DNA of 64,000 bases, from positions 64,001-128,000 of the IMG/VR virus record IMGVR_UViG_2786546475_000015; one strand, written 5' to 3'. Within the stretch, counting starts at the first letter, position 1, and each line of letters starts with the position of its first letter. The position numbers were made by a program, and so were the translations under genes. The DNA comes from a virus (lineage: Duplodnaviria > Caudoviricetes). Positions 38,499 through 47,169 of this stretch are shown here, piece after piece. The notes below the pieces were generated by a model. The model was not told the DNA's origin. It was given only the letters and a program-made list of their open reading frames with translations, and did not search any database.

Positions 38499-39157
38499 AT
38501 TACGAGGTAATACCAGTTACACGTGAACATTGCAAGCATTTTATATTGAACATCCATTACGCCAAAAGATGGTGTTCGATATCTTATGCATTCGGACTAT
38601 TTAAGGATAAAGAAATGGTGGGAGTCGTGACATACGGCACACCACCTAGTTCGACATTAAGAATTGGTATTGCTGGAAAAGAAAACGAAAAATATGTATT
38701 AGAATTAAATAGACTAGTATTGCTGAATAACCACAAGAATGAAGCGAGTATGTTAGTTGGTAGAAGTTTAAAGATGTTGCCTAAACCATCTATCGTAATA
38801 TCATATTCCGATACAAGTATGAACCATCATGGTTATGTTTATCAAGCTTGTAATTTTACTTATCATGGGTTATCAGCAAAACGTAGTGATTGGAACGTTA
38901 AAAATTCTAATAAACACAATCATACACTTACCGATGAATTTAGAGGTTTAAAAAATCGTACTGAATTGGCAAGGGAAAGGTATAAAGACGATTTTTCTTA
39001 CAAACCAAGACCAAGAAAGCATCGGTACATATACATAACAGGCTCTAAGAGTGCGAGAAAACGATTAAGAGCGGATATTAAGTATAAACAGTATGATTAC
39101 CCTAAAGGCGATAATAAACGCTATGAGGTTAAACTTAGTAACCCATTGGATATATAA
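38486..39157 (+). CDS. Mom-like DNA (adenine) modification protein, GNAT-like fold
   Basis: HY...GLF..GV.TYG.P, LELNRL, SYSD..HHG.VYQA.NF.Y.G, K.RY.Y. Confidence 0.75.
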   Translation: MESLNYEVIPVTREHCKHFILNIHYAKRWCSISYAFGLFKDKEMVGVVTYGTPPSSTLRIGIAGKENEKYVLELNRLVLLNNHKNEASMLVGRSLKMLPKPSIVISYSDTSMNHHGYVYQACNFTYHGLSAKRSDWNVKNSNKHNHTLTDEFRGLKNRTELARERYKDDFSYKPRPRKHRYIYITGSKSARKRLRADIKYKQYDYPKGDNKRYEVKLSNPLDI

Positions 39158-39900
39158 TGCAAAAGAAATTTAATAACGAAGAAGAATTGGCGGCGTATTT
39201 TCAAAACTATCTCGAAAGTAAAGGATTTGATTGTTATCCAGAGGTTGTATTTGATATATTTAGCGGTCGCCCCGATATAGTCGCAGTAAAAAATAACAAG
39301 ATTTACGTGTTCGAATGTAAAATGAACTTCGGATTGAACGTAGTAACACAAACGTTTAGATGGTTTAATAGGTATAAGCCTAGTTATGGGTTTCCAGATT
39401 ATATTTATGCGGTAACACCATACAAAAAATCAGCTAGTCGAAGAAATGAATTACTCGATTCGGTAATGAAACAAAACGGTATCGGTCATATCATGGTAGG
39501 CGATCCAAGAGTCGGACGCGCTAAAATGTTTGACGGTAGTACTCATTTTTACGAAAAGGATATACATTCAGTATTAGATGCAAAACCCCAACGTAAAGGT
39601 CAAGAGTATGGTAAAGTTCTTATTGAACAACTATACGATGACATGAAAGACGCTAACGCGGGTACTACGGGTACTGAAATAATGACACCCTTTAAGCGGA
39701 CTATGAATCGTGTCAAAGAAATTATGCAAGATGGTGTTGCACGTACACCAAAGGATATGCTACCATTGATAGAGAAAATAGGTGGACACCATTACAGTAG
39801 TAATAGTTCATTTTATTCACAAGTAAGAAAATTATACCACTTAGCAGATTTGAAAGTGGTTCAAAAGGACGGAAAAATACACTATGAACGAAGAACTTAA
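39157..39900 (+). CDS. PD-(D/E)XK endonuclease-like protein
   Basis: E.EL..YL...G..YPEV..RPDIVA..FECK. Confidence 0.7.
   Translation: MQKKFNNEEELAAYFQNYLESKGFDCYPEVVFDIFSGRPDIVAVKNNKIYVFECKMNFGLNVVTQTFRWFNRYKPSYGFPDYIYAVTPYKKSASRRNELLDSVMKQNGIGHIMVGDPRVGRAKMFDGSTHFYEKDIHSVLDAKPQRKGQEYGKVLIEQLYDDMKDANAGTTGTEIMTPFKRTMNRVKEIMQDGVARTPKDMLPLIEKIGGHHYSSNSSFYSQVRKLYHLADLKVVQKDGKIHYERRT
39399..39884 (+). CDS. hypothetical protein, degenerate P-loop-like (ORF spans 39884-40399)
   Basis: PRQMGTTT and IISDEID resemble Walker A/B; see corrected entry. Confidence 0.05.
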
Positions 39901-40399
39901 AAAGTCATTAATGAATGAAATTTTAAATTTAAAAAATAAACTTGAATTATTCAATTCATTAGATCGACCACAATTGCGGATGGTCGGTCGTGTATACGAT
40001 AATAGAGCATTTTTTACACAACAAATGTCACCATTACAAGCGACTATCGAATTTTTTAAATTCCGATTCAGTCAACCGCGTCAAATGGGTACGACTACGT
40101 TAATTAAAGAATTAGTTGGAATGTTGGGTGATACGACAATCATCACACTTAACCAACGAATCGGTAAAGAATTTTATAACGAAAAAGAATATATCAATGA
40201 TGTTAACGTTGTAAGTCAAGAAAGATTCTCAACACCAGCATTTCGATTTCATCGAAAATCGCCGCAAAGATTACATACTATCATCATTTCTGATGAAATC
40301 GATTCTATGAGTATGGAGTATAAACAATTAATGGATAATATCTTTAGTTATATTCAAGCTAAAGGATTTCCGATTTTATTATTAGATTTTAGTAGGTAA
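39884..40399 (+). CDS. hypothetical protein, degenerate P-loop NTPase-like
   Basis: PRQMGTTT and IISDEID resemble Walker A/B. Confidence 0.5.
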   Translation: MNEELKKSLMNEILNLKNKLELFNSLDRPQLRMVGRVYDNRAFFTQQMSPLQATIEFFKFRFSQPRQMGTTTLIKELVGMLGDTTIITLNQRIGKEFYNEKEYINDVNVVSQERFSTPAFRFHRKSPQRLHTIIISDEIDSMSMEYKQLMDNIFSYIQAKGFPILLLDFSR

Positions 40400-40401
40400 T
40401 T

Positions 40402-40623
40402 ATGGAAGAATATGTAAATAAGCGTATTAAATTTATTCATAGCGGTATCAGTGATCACATCACTGGTACTGTATTAGAATATATACCTTATAAGAGTAAA
40501 GGATCGTTTATCATTGACGTAGAATCGGTTAGTGAATGCGATTTAGATCCAGACGGTCGTATTCGTGTGGGTAAACCGTGTCGTTTTTATAATGTATCCG
40601 ATTACGAAATCGAAGTGTTATAA
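40402..40623 (+). CDS. hypothetical protein
   Basis: AGGT RBS. Confidence 0.55.
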   Translation: MEEYVNKRIKFIHSGISDHITGTVLEYIPYKSKGSFIIDVESVSECDLDPDGRIRVGKPCRFYNVSDYEIEVL

Positions 40624-40626
40624 ATA
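40619..40626 (+). promoter_or_regulatory. T4-type late promoter
   Basis: TATAAATA just upstream of 40640. Confidence 0.75.
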
Positions 40627-40639
40627 ATTTCGGGGTCTT

Positions 40640-40924
40640 ATGAAAACATTTAATCAATTAATTCAAGAACGTGACATGATGGGATGGTTTTCTATCCCAA
40701 AAATGGTTAGAGATAAATTAGAGTCTTTAGGGTATAGTCAAAAGAGCGTCCAACGTAATGTTAAGTACACTATCGAGGATGATTGGGGTGACATGTATGT
40801 TAAAGTCGAAAATAAAAACTCTATCCCAAGTAAAGAAATCGAACAATACGCGAATACAAATAGTAACGTTATGCTAGATAAAGATTATCCAGTAAATGGT
40901 TTTACATTAATTATTCGAATTTAG
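40640..40924 (+). CDS. putative internal head protein
   Basis: MKTFNQLIQE, compare T4 IPIII MKTYQEFIAE; late promoter. Confidence 0.7.
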   Translation: MKTFNQLIQERDMMGWFSIPKMVRDKLESLGYSQKSVQRNVKYTIEDDWGDMYVKVENKNSIPSKEIEQYANTNSNVMLDKDYPVNGFTLIIRI

Positions 40925-40926
40925 TT

Positions 40927-40989
40927 AAAAAGCCCTTGCATCGTCGAGGGCTTTTTGCTATCCTGTATCTGTAACGTCGATTAAAGGAG
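40927..40989 (+). promoter_or_regulatory. PeSL-like cassette, copy 4
   Basis: AAAAAGCCCTTG..CGAGGGCTTTTT; TTGCAT-17-TATCCT; AAGGAG. Confidence 0.75.
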
Positions 40990-40994
40990 ATTTT

Positions 40995-41327
40995 ATGAAA
41001 AAATTAAAAGATTTCGAACCAAAACTATTAGAGTCTATCGCGTCTAAAGCTAATATGGCTATGTTTGGAGCGACCGCTAAAGGTAGTCGTGGTGGTTGTG
41101 GTCGGGTGTATATCGAATTTTTAGAAACTATCCGTTCGAATTCTAAAATAAAAAAGATCTTCGAACGTTCTGGATTTAAAATGACTAAGCGACCTATGTA
41201 TAGTGGTGTTCGAATCTATGTAGGTTACGATAACGCGACTGGATACGAATTTGATATGGCTGAAAAGGCTTGCGAAGTTCTAAAAAGCTATGATATTCGT
41301 TGTTATGTAGATGGTGATGGAGATTAA
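40995..41327 (+). CDS. hypothetical early protein
   Basis: First gene after cassette. Confidence 0.65.
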   Translation: MKKLKDFEPKLLESIASKANMAMFGATAKGSRGGCGRVYIEFLETIRSNSKIKKIFERSGFKMTKRPMYSGVRIYVGYDNATGYEFDMAEKACEVLKSYDIRCYVDGDGD

Positions 41328-41328
41328 T

Positions 41329-41556
41329 ATGAAATTTGATAAACTAAAATTAGAATGTATACTTAACAATTGTTTCGCGTTAATTGCTTCTGTATTTTCT
41401 GCTTACCAAGCTTATATTAGTGAAAGCGAATTATATACCATTGCTAATTTTATTGTTTGTGTGGTATTGATTATGTATTTCATTAATTCTACCAGAATAA
41501 ACTATTTAGAAGAAAAAATAAAAATATTAGAAGAACGTATTGACACGAAAAAATAA
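41329..41556 (+). CDS. small 2-TM membrane protein
   Basis: GGAG RBS, hydrophobic helices. Confidence 0.55.
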   Translation: MKFDKLKLECILNNCFALIASVFSAYQAYISESELYTIANFIVCVVLIMYFINSTRINYLEEKIKILEERIDTKK

Positions 41557-41576
41557 TTATGAAATAATGGTGACCT

Positions 41577-41795
41577 ATCTTAATCGAATTATATAATGAA
41601 ACTGATGAATACACATTCACTTCTACATACATATACGAAAACGACGAATACACATTCATCGCCGTTGGTTTTGTTGAAGTAGACGGTGTAGACGAAAAAG
41701 TTCTTTTGATGGACGACATTGAAAGACGTAAAGATAACTATTATATGGATTTTTTAGACACAAAAACTAGAGTATTTTTAAAGAGGAAATTATGA
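41577..41795 (+). CDS. hypothetical protein lacking a canonical start (ATC?)
   Basis: 72-codon open frame ending in ATGA overlap with 41792. Confidence 0.4.
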   Translation: MLIELYNETDEYTFTSTYIYENDEYTFIAVGFVEVDGVDEKVLLMDDIERRKDNYYMDFLDTKTRVFLKRKL

Positions 41796-42163
41796 AATTA
41801 TTAAAAACAGCAGTACTAGCATTATCTATGTTAGCGACGACACCCACAATCGCTGATGAAATGCGTACAACCGAAAAAGATATGTTCGCTTGCGAAACTT
41901 TAGAACAAATGGCGACCGCATTTAAAGTTTTGTCTATGCGTAACGATGATCGTCGTAATTATTACATGAAAGCCCTTGTTACTGAATACGGTCAAGTATG
42001 TTATCCTTTATACGAAGGCTTGGAATTTGTAGTAATTGATGTAGTACCGCCATTCATTCAAATCGAAATTTGGTCTGACGGTGAACCACACCACTTTTGG
42101 AGTGTAGAACCATCATATTCAGAAGGTTTATATCAAGTAGATTTCGATAATTGGTACGAATAA
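41792..42163 (+). CDS. secreted/periplasmic hypothetical protein
   Basis: Signal peptide MKLLKTAVLALSMLATTPTIA. Confidence 0.65.
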   Translation: MKLLKTAVLALSMLATTPTIADEMRTTEKDMFACETLEQMATAFKVLSMRNDDRRNYYMKALVTEYGQVCYPLYEGLEFVVIDVVPPFIQIEIWSDGEPHHFWSVEPSYSEGLYQVDFDNWYE

Positions 42164-42402
42164 TGAATCATAATATATCAGTCAATAGTGAAACTGTTCG
42201 AACAGTATTACAACGCGCATATTGTCAATGTTGTGGACAAGAACTAACAAAAACTGGTAGAGTGTTTTATTCAAGCCCTTTACAATATGAGTATAAGTGT
42301 GATAACGAAAATTGTTCTAGTTATAATGTTGTATTCAATAGCACAGAATGTTATCCTAGAATTAGATTTATCGACGAGAACGGGAATGATATTGAAGAAT
42401 GA
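42163..42402 (+). CDS. Zn-ribbon hypothetical protein
   Basis: CxCCG..P.QY.Y.C...C. Confidence 0.55.
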   Translation: MNHNISVNSETVRTVLQRAYCQCCGQELTKTGRVFYSSPLQYEYKCDNENCSSYNVVFNSTECYPRIRFIDENGNDIEE

Positions 42403-42827
42403 CACGCGTTAACGTAGTACCAGTTGAAACATTAGGTGATAAGCATTTATTAGCAGAATTGCGTGAGATTAAACGCATACCTAATAAGCTTATTGATGGT
42501 AAGTACGTATTAAACAAAATACCAGACAGTTATGTAGAATATCGTAAAGGTCGGATGGTATTAGTCGAAAAATTTTTCGTAAATCGATTAAAATGGGTTT
42601 ATAAACGGTATAAATTACTGTATAATGAAGCCAAGTTTAGAAAATTCAATGTCAATTGGTTACTACCAGACATGAATTTACTTAAACAAAAGTATCCTTG
42701 GTTTTGGAATGACTGGACACCTAGTACCAGTGATTACGAAGCCAATGTAAGCCGATTAGCTGAACGTATCAAAGCTAATCCGTCATTAACTAAAAACAAA
42801 AGGTTTGAAATAACCAATGAATATTAA
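42399..42827 (+). CDS. denV: pyrimidine dimer DNA glycosylase / endonuclease V
   Basis: MTRVN..P...L.D.HLLAE.REI.RI. Confidence 0.88.
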   Translation: MTRVNVVPVETLGDKHLLAELREIKRIPNKLIDGKYVLNKIPDSYVEYRKGRMVLVEKFFVNRLKWVYKRYKLLYNEAKFRKFNVNWLLPDMNLLKQKYPWFWNDWTPSTSDYEANVSRLAERIKANPSLTKNKRFEITNEY

Positions 42828-43134
42828 AGCAAATCATGAGTACGTGGTTTTAGAAACCAATGCTAAACGTGCTGGCGAAGAAGATGTTAGCGAATCTGGT
42901 ATCGTACTTGGTAAACGAACTCAAGGCGAAGTCCCAGAATACGCAACCGTAGTAGCCGTTGGTGAGGGTGTAGAAAACAAAGATATTAAAGTAGGTTCAT
43001 TAGTTCCTGTTACTAATGGTCGTATGAGTAACGTACCCGATCCACGCGTAGTAGCTGGCGAACATGTTCCTAAAGATCAACTTCGTCAATTGGCAGTAAC
43101 ACATTGGAAAAATATCACGGTGATTTATGAGTAA
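42817..43134 (+). CDS. 31: GroES-like co-chaperonin for capsid folding
   Basis: AGEE.VSESGIVLGKR.QGEVP..VVAVGEGV, VPDP. Confidence 0.92.
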   Translation: MNIKANHEYVVLETNAKRAGEEDVSESGIVLGKRTQGEVPEYATVVAVGEGVENKDIKVGSLVPVTNGRMSNVPDPRVVAGEHVPKDQLRQLAVTHWKNITVIYE

Positions 43135-43414
43135 TATCCAAACATTAGCAAAACGAGTCGTATCACTTGGTCAAAAGCGTTTTAATGAAGGCGACCAAGC
43201 GAGTTACGCAAATTTAGCAGACGTTTACGCATTTTTGAAAGAATATGCTAGTAAAGGTAAAAATCAAAAATGGAAACGTTTCTTAGGGGCTGTTGAACAA
43301 CAAATCAATGCAGTTGAACAGCAATTTGATAACGGTGTTATGCAATACGCACGTCAATTATCGGAAAGTGAAAAGACGTTGGCGGTTGGTTTAGCACATA
43401 GTTATAAGGGTTAA
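43127..43414 (+). CDS. rIII: lysis inhibition accessory protein
   Basis: Synteny after gene 31; weak match (Q..FN.G, YA..L). Confidence 0.55.
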   Translation: MSNIQTLAKRVVSLGQKRFNEGDQASYANLADVYAFLKEYASKGKNQKWKRFLGAVEQQINAVEQQFDNGVMQYARQLSESEKTLAVGLAHSYKG

Positions 43415-43421
43415 TTGAGTT

Positions 43422-43925
43422 ATGGCAGGTAAAAAATCATTACGCGGTAAAGGCACATACGCCGCTTATAAAATGGAAAATCGTGTAGCGAAAAACAAAC
43501 GCCGAAAGTTAGAGCGTCATTTAAAGCGTCATCCTAACGATGGTCAAGCGGAATCCGCTGTCGCTACATCTGGTACGTACAAAGGTCGTTCAGCGCCTAA
43601 ACGTATCAATAGCCGTAAAGGTATTCAATATGATGTAGTTATTACTAAAGGTAAAAACGGTAAAACCAATACATCGTTAGTCAATCGCGGCGTAAATCGC
43701 TCTAATGGTCGTCTAAGTTCTGGCGGTCGGTTTGAGCAACAAATGATGAAGATGAAAAAATCAGTATCTAATGTGTATCAATTCTTGCAAAAGAATAAAA
43801 AACAATTAGTAGGTGATGAAGTAGTCGATTCAGTATTAGCGCCTGTACCTACCGTGAGTAGTGGCAAACCAAAACGCGTACGAAAAGGTAAGCGTAAAGC
43901 ACGAAAGCAACAAAAGCGTAGTTAA
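43422..43925 (+). CDS. very basic hypothetical protein (30.9 position)
   Basis: K/R-rich, 167 aa. Confidence 0.65.
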   Translation: MAGKKSLRGKGTYAAYKMENRVAKNKRRKLERHLKRHPNDGQAESAVATSGTYKGRSAPKRINSRKGIQYDVVITKGKNGKTNTSLVNRGVNRSNGRLSSGGRFEQQMMKMKKSVSNVYQFLQKNKKQLVGDEVVDSVLAPVPTVSSGKPKRVRKGKRKARKQQKRS

Positions 43926-43931
43926 TTAATC

Positions 43932-43984
43932 AAAGCCCTTGCGTAAGCAGGGGCTTTTTGCTATCCTGTACACAAATAAAGGAG
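43932..43984 (+). promoter_or_regulatory. PeSL-like cassette, copy 5
   Basis: AAAGCCCTTGCGTAAGCAGGGGCTTTTT; TTGCGT-17-TATCCT; AAAGGAG. Confidence 0.8.
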
Positions 43985-43990
43985 ATAAAT

Positions 43991-44224
43991 ATTAATTACG
44001 TAGTTAATTATGGCGTTAATTGGTCACATCGTCGTTATGAAAATAAAGCATTTCACCATTACCGTAACGCTGTCAAATTTTATAAGAGTCTAGATAAGTC
44101 TATCTGGAAAGCGGGTGAAATTGTTAAATTGGTGGGTAACGGTTTATTTGAACCCGCAGACGTATTAATTAAATTGGAGTGGGATAATGGAAAGGAATTA
44201 TCAAAGAAAACACGCGGTTCATAG
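43991..44224 (+). CDS. hypothetical protein, probable ATT start
   Basis: In-frame ATT 6 nt after GGAG; the upstream TTG lies inside the promoter. Confidence 0.45.
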   Translation: MNYVVNYGVNWSHRRYENKAFHHYRNAVKFYKSLDKSIWKAGEIVKLVGNGLFEPADVLIKLEWDNGKELSKKTRGS

Positions 44225-44357
44225 AACCAATAAAGATTATTGGCGCGATCAAAATGATCAAATAATTCGCCAAGAATTAGAAGAAATGACTTGCGAAGAT
44301 TTTGAAAGTCTGTATAATAGTAATTGTTCCGTTGAGAGAGAAACTAAAGGAGACGAT

Positions 44358-44564
44358 ATGAACAAGCTTGAACGCGAATTAAAAGTTACTAAGTTGGTTA
44401 AAGCCGCACGTAAAGCCGCAGAAGCCGAAAGTAACGCTTTAGACGATTTCTTAGGCGGTGCGATTAGCGAAGAATGTTACCTACACGCTATGGAACGTAC
44501 AAAAGAAGCGGTAGAACATGCTGTCGCGAATGGCGTTTCTTACAAAGACTTACCAGCGGTTTAA
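44358..44564 (+). CDS. hypothetical protein (longer form may start at 44187)
   Basis: AAGGAG before ATG at 44358. Confidence 0.5.
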   Translation: MNKLERELKVTKLVKAARKAAEAESNALDDFLGGAISEECYLHAMERTKEAVEHAVANGVSYKDLPAV

Positions 44565-44573
44565 GGAGATATT

Positions 44574-44903
44574 ATGCGTAACATCAAATCAGAAATGCTT
44601 GATATAGAATTAGCCAAATTAGAAGATGCCAACGACAACAACGAATTGTTACGTGTTATCGCTAGTGAACTAGGTTTTGACGACTTAGAAGAAAAGATAG
44701 CTCATATGAAAGCGGTTCATCGCTCTATTGGTAATATGCCGCATCATTTATACATGGAACGTGAACAATATCGAAAAGAAATTAAAGAACGTGGTGTTAA
44801 TCACCCAAATTGGGAGTCAGTAAAAAGTATGTGTAAAAATATGGAAAGTGATAAAAAAGTAGCAAAGAATTTACGCGAATGGGATAAAAATAAGCGTAAA
44901 TAA
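44574..44903 (+). CDS. hypothetical protein
   Basis: AAGGAG RBS. Confidence 0.6.
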   Translation: MRNIKSEMLDIELAKLEDANDNNELLRVIASELGFDDLEEKIAHMKAVHRSIGNMPHHLYMEREQYRKEIKERGVNHPNWESVKSMCKNMESDKKVAKNLREWDKNKRK

Positions 44904-44907
44904 TTAT

Positions 44908-44945
44908 AAAGCCCTTGCATTGTCGAGGGCTTTCGTGTATAAATA
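44908..44945 (+). promoter_or_regulatory. PeSL-like cassette, copy 6, whose -10 box is a late promoter
   Basis: TTGCAT-17-TATAAATA. Confidence 0.75.
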
Positions 44946-44969
44946 AGGATATATTTTCAAGGAGAGAGT

Positions 44970-45995
44970 ATGAGTTTTAAACAATTTTTATTTGAAAAGA
45001 TGACTACTAGCGATGCTATGAAATTATTAGGTTTATCTAATGGGTTTGATGAAACCGAACTAAAGAAAGCATACCGTAGAGCATCAAATAAAGCACACCC
45101 CGACAAAGGTGGTTCAGTAGACGCACAACAACGCGTTAATGACGCTTACAACGTACTTAAAAACGTTGAAGGTGGTGTAGATCCAATGGCGAAATATAGA
45201 CAACGCGCAGAAGAAAATAAAGAAAAAGCGCGTATCGCTGAAATTTATGTAGAACAGTTATTTAATCAGTATTTTCAACCAAGAGTGTACGCGAATTACT
45301 TTAAAGAAATGAGTGGTAAAGAATATACATTCGAACGTAATATCCGCTCTAGTTCTACATGGGGTTCAGTAGTCCATGTAAGTTATCGATTCACTAGCGA
45401 TGATAATAAAACATTTTTTGATATCGATTTCTACGCTAATATGTATTTTACAAAAGCGTTAGGCGGTGGTGAAGAATCTACTGGTTTAGATTCGTTATCG
45501 GTTAATACATCGGTATTACATGAACGCAAAAAATACAAAATGTCGCGTAGTGATTACAAACGAGAAAATTCTATCGAAGTAATTCAAAATCCAGACAAGA
45601 ATTTTCCTAAAGCTAAACTTAAAAAAGTGTTTTCAGTTAAGAAGCGTAAACCAGTAAAACGCGCTGACTACCTTTTAGCGTTCTCAAAAGAGCTAAACGC
45701 GACTAAGAACAAAGACTATATCAAAATACCGCTTAAAAATGGTTATGTGTTGGTATTTACGCGTATTGTATTCATGCGTCAAGCTCAATATCAAGGTAAC
45801 GGTCTATATACTGAAAAACCATTTAGACGCGAAAAATTGATTATTACATCGTTTATGGAAAGTAAAAATCCAGATTACCTAGATGATCTGATCGACGGTA
45901 TGAAGAAAATCCAAAATACAAGTACACCAGAAACTATCGAAAAAGATCTGGAAGTACTTAAAACTAAACTAGAAAGACGTTATATGGATGATTAA
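44970..45995 (+). CDS. J-domain (DnaJ-type) protein with CTS-like N-terminus
   Basis: MSFKQFLFE then LLGL..ELKKAYR...HPDKGG..VNDAY.VL. Confidence 0.85.
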   Translation: MSFKQFLFEKMTTSDAMKLLGLSNGFDETELKKAYRRASNKAHPDKGGSVDAQQRVNDAYNVLKNVEGGVDPMAKYRQRAEENKEKARIAEIYVEQLFNQYFQPRVYANYFKEMSGKEYTFERNIRSSSTWGSVVHVSYRFTSDDNKTFFDIDFYANMYFTKALGGGEESTGLDSLSVNTSVLHERKKYKMSRSDYKRENSIEVIQNPDKNFPKAKLKKVFSVKKRKPVKRADYLLAFSKELNATKNKDYIKIPLKNGYVLVFTRIVFMRQAQYQGNGLYTEKPFRREKLIITSFMESKNPDYLDDLIDGMKKIQNTSTPETIEKDLEVLKTKLERRYMDD

Positions 45996-45996
45996 T

Positions 45997-46019
45997 AAAG
46001 CCCCGAAAGGGGCTTTTTT
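45997..46019 (+). terminator. intrinsic terminator
   Basis: AAAGCCCC-GAAA-GGGGCTTTTTT. Confidence 0.85.
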
Positions 46020-46051
46020 GACCAAAAAATAAACAAGTCTATTTTATTTGT

Positions 46052-46059
46052 TATAAATA
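46052..46059 (+). promoter_or_regulatory. T4-type late promoter
   Basis: TATAAATA. Confidence 0.6.
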
Positions 46060-46090
46060 ATATTAAGCTAACTGGATTAGGCAAATAATA

Positions 46091-46294
46091 ATGGACATTT
46101 TAATAACAATAATTTTAGTACTTGGTATCATCGCGGGTGGTATCGATTATCTAGACTGTAAAGACAAATATATAGTAGCTACTATTAGAGCGACTACCGT
46201 AGTTTTGATATTAACCTTTTTATTGATAGGTTTATATATCGAGGTACACGGTGCTTTACTATCTAGAATGGCATCCATGATTGTCGTAAATTAA
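46091..46294 (+). CDS. small 2-TM membrane protein
   Basis: Two hydrophobic helices. Confidence 0.55.
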   Translation: MDILITIILVLGIIAGGIDYLDCKDKYIVATIRATTVVLILTFLLIGLYIEVHGALLSRMASMIVVN

Positions 46295-46299
46295 AGCTT

Positions 46300-46321
46300 T
46301 ATAAATACCATTAGAGGTATT
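46300..46321 (+). promoter_or_regulatory. late promoter overlapping an RBS-sequestering hairpin
   Basis: TATAAATA; AATACC-ATTAGA-GGTATT covers GAGGT. Confidence 0.65.
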
Positions 46322-46324
46322 ATT

Positions 46325-46834
46325 ATGAAGCAATTGATAACTAAAGAAGTTTTAAAACAGAAGGAAGATTTTTACGCCCTTCAAGGTGGTGAATGTGCTA
46401 TATGCCAAAGACCGCTAGGGGAAGATTTTTCTAAAATCCACTTAGACCACGATCATGAATTGCATGGAGACAACGCGGGTAAATGTCGCGGGGCTTTATG
46501 TACATTTTGTAACCGATTAGAAGGCGATATAAAGAAAAAGTTCATCCATAGCGGATTAGAATCGCGTGGGGTAGAACAGCTAGATTGGTTACGTTCCCTA
46601 ATATCTTACCTAGAAACTGACTTATCAAAAAGAAACATTCACCCAAATCATGTAAACGATTATTCAAAATGGGTATGTAAACAAAATAAAGATGATATAC
46701 TTAAAGAGTTTGAAAAGATAGGTTACAAACCAGATCCCAAACTAACTATAAAACAATTGAGTAAGCTATTCAAGAAAGAGTTTAGGAAATATCAAAAGCA
46801 AACGTATACAGATTATTATGAGGTAAACCAATGA
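46325..46834 (+). CDS. 49: recombination endonuclease VII
   Basis: CAIC..HLDHDH..G..RG.LC..CN..EG, IHP. Confidence 0.92.
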   Translation: MKQLITKEVLKQKEDFYALQGGECAICQRPLGEDFSKIHLDHDHELHGDNAGKCRGALCTFCNRLEGDIKKKFIHSGLESRGVEQLDWLRSLISYLETDLSKRNIHPNHVNDYSKWVCKQNKDDILKEFEKIGYKPDPKLTIKQLSKLFKKEFRKYQKQTYTDYYEVNQ

Positions 46835-47169
46835 GTGGTACTACTAATTTACAACAACTATCGGCTACAATCCTTAGTGGTTTGATTTGTAACAATAGCG
46901 GATTTAAAGACGATACGTTGATTACAAATTCTATCAGCATGGCTAAGAAAATAATCGAAGCCACTAAAGAAAAACCAAAAGTGAAACAAAAATCTATCAC
47001 GGTAGAAAAGTTCGAGGATATTCTAGAGGATATTCTAAAAGAACTGAAACCAGATTATGAATGGATGCGATTTAGAGCGACTAAATCAGACTACACTTAC
47101 AATAGAGAACGTATCAATCGCGGTGAGTTGTACGAAAAACTTAAAAAACGTATGGATGAAAATAAATGA
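46831..47169 (+). CDS. hypothetical protein
   Basis: Coupled ORF. Confidence 0.55.
   Translation: MSGTTNLQQLSATILSGLICNNSGFKDDTLITNSISMAKKIIEATKEKPKVKQKSITVEKFEDILEDILKELKPDYEWMRFRATKSDYTYNRERINRGELYEKLKKRMDENK

Noticed and set aside
39399-39884. Feature entry listed with end 39399
   Set aside because: Coordinate typo; the correct ORF is 39884-40399, listed separately
40995-41327. MKKLKDFEPKLLE as a capsid-targeting tag
   Set aside because: Spacing differs and the gene follows an early cassette with no late promoter
46325-46834. HNH homing endonuclease
   Set aside because: Motifs match Endo VII (gp49) throughout
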